Shown here piece by piece: positions 47,516-59,200 of a stretch of DNA of 64,000 bases. The translations under genes and the position numbers were made by a program. The number at the start of each line of letters is the position of its first letter. The first letter of the stretch is position 1. Below the pieces are notes generated by a model. The model made no database searches, was not told the DNA's origin, and saw only the letters and a list, made by a program, of their open reading frames with translations. This DNA comes from Macrostomum lignano. Taxonomy: Eukaryota. The stretch lies in contig NIVC01001622.1 of the NCBI GenBank assembly GCA_002269645.1, forward strand, positions 1 to 64,000, in the 5' to 3' direction.

Positions 47516-48975
47516 CTGTTCTTTATCACTCAGCTTAAGTTGCCGCTTGTTCAGTCTGGTTCGGCTGGCGTACTAACCGCCACCAACTCTGCTTAACTTG
47601 GAATCAACATATTCAGCAGGATTATCCTGTGCAAAACTTGTGCATCTCTTATGCCGGCAGTCTTCAGTGTCCGTGTTGTGCCGTGGAAACGTGTCAAAGC
47701 ACCATTCCATCCTTTGGTCTGCTGCACGAACGCCGCTGTTCAGGTCAACAGAGGAGCGTGAAACCGTTGTTGTATTGTGTTGCTTTTTTAACGGCACAGA
47801 TCGCGGCTGAACAAAATTCAACAGCTGTTGCCGCCAGTCTTGCATATGCCGCACTGGTGATCGTATCGGGACTCTCCTTCTCTCGCTTGAACCGAAATCC
47901 AAAAGTGATGGGATTTTTGTAGGATGGCACAGTCGAACCAAAGAAAAGCAGCTCGCAACTTTTGATAGAGTTAAAAATAGATAACAATTTTTGCCATCAA
48001 CGATCTATCGAACACACCACTATTGAATTTATTGATCTATTGAATTTTTAATCACGGCTGGTTGTCAATCACACGAAAACCCCTGGCCAAATTGTTGTTC
48101 ACAATTGTACCAGGGGTCGCGGTGGCGCAACAGTCAACAGTCAAGCGTCCGGGATAATGAACAAAGTTGGAGCTTGAACTTATTTAATGATTAGTGCTTG
48201 CGGATTGTTTCTAAATATCCAAATTGCTTCCAGATGTAACACTGTTTAACAATTTATGCATCTATACTCGTACATTTAAAGCATCGAGGTCAGGCCAATT
48301 AAGTACGAGTTATGTAAAATCGCCAAAATTGGTATAATTATGCAACAAGTTGTGTCCCAAGTGCCAGGAGATAATTTACACTGTATAACATACGATTTGG
48401 ATATTTCATCCTTCCTGTATGAATATGTATAAAACACTACATGTACAATTTTTTACACCCTAAACTGCTCGTTAGTACGAGTATATGTGGTAATGTTCTG
48501 CACTTCCCACTGAAGTACATGTAGTGTTTTATATGACGCAGGGGCTTGTTATATTCAGCAACCACAGCTTCAGTCTATAACTTATCGCACTATTGACATT
48601 TAACGCCCGATTGTCTATTTCAAACTTACTCAAATGCAAATTAGCGGGCAGTTAATATCATTAACTGCCCGCTAATTTTGTCCCACTTTGTCAAGGACGC
48701 AATGTCTATGGCACAATAATAGTAATACCCATGCTTTAAGGGCGTTAATGGGAAATCAGAGGGGACTATTATTAAATTCCAGCAGCCAATGAAATTCATG
48801 GGGGGAATACCCCAATTTTTAGTAGGTTTTGGCCATAGACTCGCTTTCAGATGAGCGATCCTTTCTTTTCCTTCATCCGTGTCTGTAGTGCATTCTTTTA
48901 GACCCAATTTGTCTGTGGCCAAACCATTCAGTGCTGTGCAAAACAGCAAATCTAGATGTAATTGTTCTGTGGTAC

Positions 48976-49205
48976 GGGTTTTAGCCTAGTGGTTAGAGCA
49001 TCGGACTCGCGACTTAAAGGTCCCGGGTTCGATTCTCGACTCACTCGGAACAATTTGTGTTCTTGAGCAAGACAGTTAACTCAGCATTGTTTCAGTTCAC
49101 CCAGCTGTAAAATGGGTGCCAGCACTAGCTGGGGGGTAATTGAGGGTGTGGCTACCCCCCTCCCCACTCAGTCCCTGGACTGAACAGCCGTACGCAGCCT
49201 TCAAT
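48976..49205 (+). mobile_element. tRNA-derived SINE with CORE-like central domain, near full length
   Basis: A-box TAGCCTAGTGG, B-box GGTTCGATTC, then CTTGAGCAAGACAGTTAAC..CAGCTGTAAAATGGG resembling the MIR/CORE core. Dispersed copies elsewhere in the window. Confidence 0.85.
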
Positions 49206-49402
49206 ACCATTAGGGCAGTTATACTCATTCCTTTAGATAACTAGTCAACGATTGGTTAGGCCAGCGGCTCAGCAAATCAGCATTAGTCTAAGGTTGGAGG
49301 AGTGATCTTTAACTACAAAAGTGCCAGCCTATTAACTGAATTCACAAACTGGTTTTGGAATTCACTGACTAAAGATATTACATCTCGACTTCCAACTGAA
49401 CA

Positions 49403-50261
49403 ATGGAGAGCTCTAATTCTATGGTCAGTATAGCTATGGCGAATTCTAGCAACAACGGCAGCTGCTCTGACAGCCTCCAGCTAGACAGGTGGTCATTGGC
49501 CACCGGGCTTGCATTGGGAGCGATCTCGTTTGCCACTGTCTTCGGCAACTCCCTGGTACTTCTCGCTGTCCTGCTGCACACATCGCTGCGCTCTACCACC
49601 GTCATCTTTGTCTCTAACCTGGCCGTTGCTGACCTGTTGCTAGGGGTCTGCGTTCTGCCTCTGAGCAGCGTGCTGGAAATTACCCACGGCTGCTGGCTGT
49701 TCGGGCCGCTGCTCTGCGACCTGTGGGCCTCAATTGACGTGCTGTGCTGCACCGCCAGCATCATGTCGCTGTGCGCCATCTCAATGGATCGCTACGTCGG
49801 AGTGACCCGGCCGCTGCAGCGGGGCCGTATTGTCAGCAAGCGGCGGGCCTGCGTCATTGTCCTGTGTGTCTGGCTGCTGTCAGGCCTCGTGTCAGTCGGC
49901 CCGCTTATTGGCTGGCGAGACCAGCAGCAGCAGCAGGCAGCAGACGGCGATCACCAGCAGTGCGCGGTGTCCGACAATCCGTCCTACATTATGTTCTCCT
50001 CGCTGTTCTCGTTCTATCTGCCGCTTGGCATTGTCGTGTTCTTCTACATCCGGGTCTACCAGGCGGCGGCGCGCCAGACTCGCTTCCTCGCCTCCGGGGT
50101 CAAGACGACTCGAGCGACCGGCCACGGTTCCTCCAATGCCTCGCATGCCACTGCGTCTGACACCGTCACGCTGCGGGTACATCGCGGCGGCGCCGGAGCT
50201 GGTGGCGGCCGCGGCGGTCCATCGGGTGACCTGCAGCTCAGCTCGCGACTGCTCGCAGCAG
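49403..50261 (+). CDS. GPCR exon 1 (N-terminus, TM1-TM5, ICL3)
   Basis: ORF 49403-50299; donor GTGAAG at 50262. Confidence 0.93.
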
Positions 50262-53200
50262 GTGAAGATTTTGGCTGTAAAATGCATAACCGAGATTAGG
50301 AAGCTTTCAGGTTTTTTTGCACTTTTTCTAAGCAAAGATTCGCTGTCTTGCGCAGCGCTGAATGGGCTTTGGCTGTAGACAGCTTCGGTTTAGAAACATT
50401 ACACTACAGCAAGACAGTAACAACTGAAATTTTGCCGGAACTTTGCTTGCTTGCGTTGTCTTGTAGTATTTAAAAATTAATTTGACTCTCAATAGACAAT
50501 CGTCTCTATACCTCATACTGGCGCCCCTGGTGCTGGCGCCACCGGTGCTGGCGCCCCTGGTGCTGGCGCCCCTGGTGCTAAAGCCCCTGGTGCTAAAGCC
50601 CCTGGTGCTAAAGCCCCTGGTGCTAAAGCCCCTGGTGCTAAAGCCCCTGGTGCTAAAGCCCCTGGTGCTAAAGCCCCTGGTGCTAAAGCCCCTGGTGCTA
50701 AAGCCCCTGGTGCTAAAGCCCCTGGTGCTAAAGCCCCTGGTGCTAAAGCCCCTGGTGCTAAAGCCCCTGGTGCTAAAGCCCTGGTGCTAAAGCCCCTGGT
50801 GCTAAAGCCCCTGGTGCTAAAGCCCCTGGTGCTAAAGCCCCTGGTGCTAAAGCCCCTGGTGCTAAAGCCCCTGGTGCTAAAGCCCCTGGTGCTAAAGCCC
50901 CTGGTGCTAAAGCCCCTGGTGCTAAAGCCCCTGGTGCTAAAGCCCCTGGTGCTAAAGCCCCTGGTGCTAAAGCCCCTGGTGCTAAAGCCCCTGGTGCTAA
51001 AGCCCCTGGTGCTAAAGCCCCTGGTGCTAAAGCCCCTGGTGCTGGCGCCCCTGGTGCTAAAGCCCCTGGTGCTAAAGCCCCTGGTGCTGGCGCCCCTGGT
51101 GCTAAAGCCCCTGGTGCTAAAGCCCCTGGTGCTAAAGCCCCTGGTGCTGGCGCCCCTGGTGCTAAAGCCCCTGGTGCTAAAGCCCCTGGTGCTAAAGCCC
51201 CTGGTGCTGGCGCCCCTGGTGCTAAAGCCCCTGGTGCTAAAGCCCCTGGTGCTGGCGCCCCTGGTGCTAAAGCCACTGGTGCTAAAGCCCCTGGTGCTAA
51301 AGCCCCTGGTGCTAAAGCCCCTGGTGCCAAAGCCCTTGTGCAAAAGCCTTTAGTGCTGGCGCCGAGTTTCATTTATAGCTACGAGAAACAATCAGCTTAC
51401 AAGTAAAAAGCAGTCCCAATTAAGTCTATGCAGAAATGTGACGTCATTCTCCTACGTATAGAACCTATGCGACAGGGACTACTAAAACATCGGGACGGGA
51501 AACAAGGCAAATCATGGCGAAGTTTTTACGAGGCTGGTTAAATCTATGGCCGCGTCAATGCAGCAGTAGCTATTTCAATATTTTAATAAATATTATACTT
51601 TATTATATCTGTGAATTTTAATATTCAGGTGCTTCTATGAACTGTGTATATTTACTTGAAAGTTCATTGGAAAAATATTTCATAAAACATATAAGGTAAC
51701 ATTGAGGGCTATTTGTAAGGGGGGTGAATAGTGAATGTCTGCACTCCCGTTGCACAAACGGGTGAGTGGGCAGTGAAGCGTCGCTCCCCCTCAACCGAGT
51801 ACATGCCAACAACACAAGCAGAAAAATCTGGCTAGTCCTATCCGTCGTCACCATTCTCATGGGCAGTAGTTAACCGGTAAATTACTGGGTTAACCGCCTA
51901 CTGTTGTCGTCGCTAACTTTGGCGTTGACTCGCGGACCTGCCATACAGAACGTAATACGACTTGGCAAACTGACTAGCTAGTGTATTATGGGTAGGCTGC
52001 CTGGGTTGAAACGCGATTGAAACGCTTTACATTTGTCCGCCGTCACTGTCTATGGTTGAAGCATATTTCAATTATATTCAATTCATCACTTATAGCCACT
52101 GTATATTTCACTGCCAACAAACACAAGACCAAACACAACAGGAATGAAACACGAAGTAAACGAAATAATTCAGTAAATAACGCTTGGAAGCTCAAAATGA
52201 TATGTGGCTGGAGAGTTCATCAATAGTTACCTCAATAGTTTTTTGAATCTCAATACCAGATATTTTTTGAAGGGCTTCACATGGAGAGCGGTTTGATCCG
52301 TGGTCGATTTGCGTTTGGCAGCCTCTTCGACGTCTTGCACAGCAGCTTCCTCTTCTTCCGTCAGTTCCCGCAGAAGCTCGGCATTATTCAGAATGCTTGG
52401 ATTGGACAATTCTGCGTCAATCAACTCCTGCTGTCTTACGGTCACACTGGTCCACTGACTAACTTCTTCACCAGGATCACGATGTCCAAGTTGCTGCAGA
52501 AACTCAATCTCATTCATTTCTAAACCGCTAATATCTTCCTCTAGTATTGATTCCCAGTGAAACATGGCTAATTCCGAACCTTAAAGCTGTTTAAATATTA
52601 TTTTCTCTCCCACCCACCAAGAGAAGAATGCTTCAAACTCTATTTGGGTTTCAACCATAGACAGTCTCCGCGGACTGCGAAACCGCCACGAAGCATATAG
52701 CTAAAGCTTTTTCAACCATAGACAGTTTCTGTGGACGTGAAACCGCGTTGTGCGTCCGCGCTTCAGCCTACCCATAACACTAATATGGACTGGCTGTTCG
52801 GACTGAAATGAACTGAAACGCCGAGGCGCAGTCCTCAACAGCCAGTCTATATTAATATATTACGGCTAACTGAGAAAATTTCAATCTAATGTAATCTGTC
52901 ACTTTTGGGTGCAGTCTGTCAAAAATGGATGCACATATGCAGTTTCGTTCCATAGACAGCGAGAAAAAGGCACTGTTTTGTAACCCACTGTCAAAATTGA
53001 ATGCAAAGATGTCAATATTGAGTGCAGATTTTGCAAAATAGAAAGTAAAAAGGTCCAAAATACTGCAGTCGAAATAGCGGTATCACAAGCTTCAAGTAAT
53101 AGAAAATAACCATAGACAACAAAGTGCTAACAAACCAGCATCGTAAAAACTTCGCCATGATTTGCCTAGTTTCCGTCCCGAAGTTTGAGTATAGTCCCAT

Positions 53201-56200
53201 CTATGCGATATTTCTCCAGTTTATTGAAGATTTATCGGCTTTTGTTACGGAATTGGCCGACCTGTCAATCTCAACTTTCTCGAATATCTTTCTTGCATTC
53301 TCACAACTTTACTCAACCGGAAATTGCAAATCAGCCGCGTGATCCAGTAGCTGTGTTATTTTTCTAGGAATGTTCTACAGGCATTTCTAGGAAAAAAAAT
53401 AATAAAGAAAAACAAAATCGGGACTGAGCCAACATAAATGGAGTTCTCAGCCTTTATTGGGTGTGTCTGAGCCTCTGAGCCATCAGAGATTGTGTCTAAG
53501 CCATCATAGATCGTGTCTGAGCCATCATAGATTGTGTCTGAGCCATCATAGATTGTGTCTGAGCCATCAGAGATTGTGTCTGAGCCATCAGAGATTGTGT
53601 CTGAGCCATCAGAGATTGTGTCTGAGCCATCATAGGTTTTGTCTGAGCAATCATAGATTGTGTCTGAGCCATCAGAGATTGCGTCTGAGCCATCATAGAT
53701 TGTGTCTGAGCCATCATAGATTGTGTCTGAGCCATCATAGATTGTGTCTGAGCCATCAGAGATTGTGTCTGAGCCATCATAGGTTTTGTCTGAGCAATCA
53801 TAGATTGTGTCTGAGCCATCAGAGATTGTGTCTGAGCCATCATAGGTTTTGTCTGAGCAATCATAGATTGTGTCTGAGCCATCAGAGATTGTGTCTGAGC
53901 CATCATAGATTGTGTCTGAGCCATCAGAGATTGTGTCTGAGCCATCATAGATTGTGTCTGAGCAATCATAGATTGTGTCTGAGCAATCATAGATTGTGTC
54001 TGAGCCATCATAGATCGTGTCTGAGCCATCATAGATTGTGTCTGAGCCATCATAGATTGTGTCTGAGCCATCAGAGATTGTGTCTGAGCCATCAGAGATT
54101 GTGTCTGAGCCATCATAGGTTTTGTCTGAGCCATCATAGATTGTGTCTGAGCCATCATAGATTTTGTCTGAGCCATCATAGGTTTTGTCTGAGCAATCAT
54201 AGATTGTGTCTGAGCCATCAGAGATTGTGTCTGAGCCATCAGAGATTGTGTCTGAGCCATCAGAGATTGTGTCTGAGCCATCAGAGATTGTGTCTGAGCC
54301 ATCAGAGATTGTGTCTGAGCCATCAGAGATTGTGTCTGAGCCATCAGAGATTGTGTCTGAGCCATCAGAGATTTTGTCTGAGCCATCATAGATTGTGTCT
54401 GAGCAATCATAGATTGTGTCTGAGCAATCATAGATTGTGTCTGAGCCATCATAGATTGTGTCTGAGCCATCATAGATTGTGTCTGAGCCATCATAGATTG
54501 TGTCTGAGCCATCATAATTGTGTCTGAGCCATCAGAGATTGTGTCTGAGCAATCATAGATTGTGTCTGAGCCATCAGAGATTGTGTCTGAGCAATCATAG
54601 ATTGTGTCTGAGCCATCATATAGATTGTGTCTGAGCCATCAGAGATTGTGTCTGAGCAATCATAGATTGTGTCTGAGCCATCAGAGATTGTGTCTGAGCC
54701 ATCAGAGATTGTGTCTGAGCCATCAGAGATTGTGTCTGAGCCATCAGAGATTGTGTCTGAGCAATCATAGATTGTGTCTGAGCCATCATAGATTGTGTCT
54801 GAGCCATCAGAGATTGTGTCTGAGCCATCAGAGATTGTGTCTGAGCCATCAGAGATTGTGTCTGAGCCATCATAGATTTTGTCTGAGCAATCATAGATTG
54901 TGTCTGAGCCATCAGAGATTGTGTCGGAGCCATCATAGATTGTGTCTGAGCCATCATAGATTGTGTCTGAGCCATCAGAGATTGTGTCTGAGCAATCATA
55001 GATTGTGTCTGAGCCATCAGAGATTGTGTCTGAGCCATCAGAGATTGTGTCTGAGCCATCAGAGATTGTGTCTGAGCCATCATAGGTTTTGTCTGAGCAA
55101 TCATAGATTGTGTCTGAGCCATCAGAGATTGTGTCTGAGCCATCAGAGATTGTGTCTGAGCCATCAGAGATTGTGTCTGAGCAATCATAGATTGTGTCTG
55201 AGCCATCAGAGATTGTGTCTGAGCAATCATAGATTGTGTCTGAGCCATCAGAGATTGTGTCTGAGCAATCATAGATTGTGTCTGAGCCATCATAGATTGT
55301 GTCTGAGCCATCATAGATTGTGTCTGAGCCATCATAGATTGTGTCTGAGCCATCATAGATTGTGTCTGAGCCATCAGAGATTGTGTCTGAGCAATTATAG
55401 ATTGTGTCTGAGCCATCAGAGATTGTGTCTGAGCAATCATAGATTGTGTCTGAGCCATCAGAGATTGTGTCTGAGCAATCATAGATTGTGTCTGAGCCAT
55501 CATATAGATTGTGTCTGAGCCATCAGAGATTGTGTCTGAGCAATCATAGATTGTGTCTGAGCCATCAGAGATTGTGTCTGAGCCATCATAGATTGTGTCT
55601 GAGCCATCAGAGATTGTGTCTGAGCCATCATAGATTGTGTCTGAGCCATCAGAGATTGTGTCTGAACCATCAGAGATTGTGTCTGAGCCATCATAGATTG
55701 TGTCTGAGCCATCATAGATTGTGTCTGAGCAATCATAGATTGTGTCTGAGCCATCAGAGATTGTGTCTGAGCCATCATAGATTGTGTCTGAGCCATCAGA
55801 GATTGTGTCTGAGCCATCATAGATTGTGTCTGAGCCATCAGAGATTGTGTCTGAACCATCAGAGATTGTGTCTGAGCCATCATAGATTGTGTCTGAGCCC
55901 ATGTAATTCGGGGCTGAGCCATCAGCTGAAACACGCAGCGACCTTGAGTCTGACTTAATTAAAAAAGGCACTTTATCCAAGCAATCCAAAAGAAAAATTA
56001 CCCTCAGGATTAGCCTTAGGCCTCGGCCGTGGGAGCCGCGCAGTTAAGACCGAAAAAATGAAAAATTCTGGAAGAAGAACGGAGCAGTAATTCCGACTGG
56101 GAAGTCTCCCTCTTGCCTGAGTCTCTGCGGATTACGAAGCTGGAAATTTCTCAACCTTAATCCTTAATCTAGGCAACTACCAGCGCGCGATCCGGCACCC

Positions 56201-59200
56201 GCTGGTTCTTCTCCTGCTCTGTATGTGTAGGAAGCTTATCATTGCTGGGAAGAAAAGCAATTTCTCTAAAAATAAGAAGGGAAAAAGCAAAGACAGATGC
56301 GTCTCGTAGCTTGTGGGAGCCTCCGCAGCGTTTATTGCTGCCAAAAAGCAAACTACCTACAGACTCTAAGATGCGAGCCCCGTTCCGTTAGTTACTGCTG
56401 GTTCCTTTGTTTGCTTAGCGATTTGACACGCTCAAAGCTGCAGCAGTTTGTGTGCAAGATTGTAATATAAGCCGGCTGACAAGCAGCTTGGCTTTGCTTC
56501 ACAACCCCCCCCCCCACAGTGGACGTGTCATACATATGTGACTGTCTGCAGGAGGAAGTCTAAGTCCAGTGAGTTGAGCATCATAGACAGCTGGAGCAGA
56601 AAGGCGCTATGCCACTCGCGAATCGCGAGATGCTTAATAGGAAGGTTTATTCTGAAGCGAGAGTTTAAGTTAATGGCCAAGGTTAATGGAGAGATAGTCT
56701 AAGTCGTAGCTCCAAGTCGTTAGCGCACGAGTGTCTATGGCATTATTGCAAGATCAAGCCGTGCATCTATCACATTGCCGACTGGTCTATGGCCTGACAT
56801 TATCTGACTGTCTATGGCATTATTGCAAGATCAAGCCGTGCATCTATCACATTGCCGACTGGTCTATGGCCTGACATTATCTGACTGTCTATGGCATTAT
56901 TGCAAGATCAAGCCGTGCATCTATCACATTGCCGACTTGTCTATGGCCTGACATTATCTGACTGTCTATGGCATTATTGCAAGATCAAGCCGTGCATCTA
57001 TCACATTGCCGACTGGTCTATGGCCTGACATTATCTGACTGTCTATGGCATTATTGCAAGATCAAGCCGTGCATCTATCACATTGCCGACTGGTCTATGG
57101 CCTGACATTATCTGACTGTCTATGGCATTATTGCAAGATCAAGCCGTGCATCTATCACATTGCCGACTTGTCTATGGCCTGACATTGTCTGACTGTCTAT
57201 GGCATTATTGCAAGATCAAGCCGTGCATCTATCACATTGCCGACTTGTCTATGGCCTGACATTGTCTGACTGTCTATGGCATTATTGCAAGATCAAGCCG
57301 TGCATCTATCACATTGCCGACTTGTCTATGGCCTGACATTGTCTGACTGTCTATGGCATTATTGCAAGATCAAGCCGTGCATCTATCACATTGCCGACTT
57401 GTCTATGGCCTGACATTGTCTGACTGTCTATGGCATTATTGCAAGATCGAACCGTGCATCTATCACATTGCCGACTTGTCTATGGCCTGACATTGTCTGA
57501 CTGTCTATGGCATTATTGCAAGATCAAGCCGTGCATCTATCACATTGCCGACTTGTCTATGGCCTGACATTGTCTGACTGTCTATGGCATTATTGCAAGA
57601 TCAAGCCGTGCATCTATCACATTGCCGACTTGTCTATGGCCTGACATTGTCTGACTGTCTATGGCATTATTGCAAGATCGAGCCGTGCATCTATCACATT
57701 GCCGACTTGTCTATGGCCTGACATTGTCTGACTGTCTATGGCATTATTGCAAGATCGAACCGTGCATCTATCACATTGCCGACTTGTCTATGGCCTGACA
57801 TTGTCTGACTGTCTATGGCATTATTGCAAGATCAAGCCGTGCATCTATCACATTGCCGACTGATAGAGCCAACTGTGGAGAAGACTTCAAATTTACCATA
57901 AACTAAAAGATGAATTATCTTGCATTAATGCGCCATTGTATGCGCACTGATTGATCTGCTAAGTATTTTTATGTACTCGTAAAAGTATTTAAACGTCTAT
58001 GGTAGAAACCATGATCTGCATTCACTTGTTGGGCATACCATTCGGCAATGGCAATTCGGCCGGGTCGATGAGAATTGCCGGCAGACGAATTGCCCGCCGA
58101 GATTCACCCGCACTGCTTTTTTCCTTGCGTTCATTTAGGCACGCAGCAGATTTTGTCTGCATTACCCTCCGATGCTTAGTAAGTGAAAGTCTTAATAAAG
58201 ATATTTACCCGATCAAAATGTTTCGATGGTAACTGCATATTAAATGCTTACTTTTCTTGTAGGTTTTCATTTTTATATACATGCAAGGGTACATCTGTGA
58301 GTGAATACTTCATATTTCATGCAATATGCCATGTAGCTTTATCCTCTAAATCTCTTAAGCTGCAAATGTTTTAGGATAATACATTAGAGCTGTTAAATAA
58401 TACATGTAATTATTTGATGTAAATAGACTTGCTACTGATTCAGTGCTCGATTTGAGATCACTATAGCAAATTTGAGTCAGTAATGAACAGTTGAATGCTG
58501 GATCTCTACAACAAGTAGCTTAGTTTAGCTTTGTTATAAAGAAGTAAGACTATAATGAGAGCCTGCTGTTTTTTGTGCCCCATCGGATCGATAAGCAGTG
58601 TTAGTTCTCAAGCTTTTTTCAAAGTCTTTTGCAGGGTTCAAAGTCATTTCCTGGAAATAAAGCTCATCATTATTGACTTTTGAGGTCGTTTGGGCACAGT
58701 ATAGCGTGCTCGGCAGATTAGTGGTTAACTTAGGGACTAGATTAGGATTTAGATGAAGATTTAGGTTAGGAAATTAGGTTAAGGATTTAGGTTATAATTT
58801 AGGTTAGGATTTAGGGTGTGATTTAGGATAGAGTTTTTAGTTAAGTGTTAAAGCTAATATTTAGGTTAGGGCTTAGATGAAGATGAAGATTTGAGTTACG
58901 AAATTCGGTTAGGTTAGGGATTTAGGTTAGGGATTTAGGTTAGGGATTTAGGTTAGGGATTTAGGTTAGCATTTAGGTTAGGATTTAGGTTAGGGCTTAT
59001 TTTAGTGTTTAAACTAAAATTTAGGTTAGGGTTTAGATGAAGATTTAGGTTAGGAATTTAGGTTAGGATTTAGGTTAGGGTTCACCGGTTTAGCTTAGGT
59101 TTTAGGTTGGAATTTAGGTTAGAATTTAGATTGAGGTTTAGGTTGGGGTTTAGGTTAGGGTTATAGGGTCGGCAGTCAATTACTGCAGTCAAGTGTGTCA

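Noticed and set aside
47573-47941. 122-aa minus-strand ORF between the two genes
   Set aside because: No recognisable motif or splice support; cannot be supported as a gene.
48641-48949. 102-aa minus-strand ORF
   Set aside because: No recognisable domain; overlaps hairpin and repeat-like sequence.
48976-49050. Possible tRNA gene (also ~59547-59625)
   Set aside because: The tRNA-like head runs directly into a dispersed SINE body, the acceptor stem pairs poorly, and there is no poly-T terminator. The second copy has a D-arm insertion.
50482-51372. Collagen- or elastin-like PGALA and KPLVL ORFs
   Set aside because: 15-bp minisatellite.
51618-51860. VQRECRHS as a tyrosine-recombinase catalytic motif
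   Set aside because: Only superficial similarity; the HxxR motif and correctly spaced Tyr are missing and the region looks non-coding.
53457-55989. 300-450 aa ORFs (LCLSHQR / MAQTQS repeats)
   Set aside because: 21-bp minisatellite in GPCR intron 1.
56733-57860. CRISPR-like appearance of regular repeats (also the 54-bp array at 22024-22780)
   Set aside because: No unique spacers, no cas genes, and a eukaryotic intronic context.
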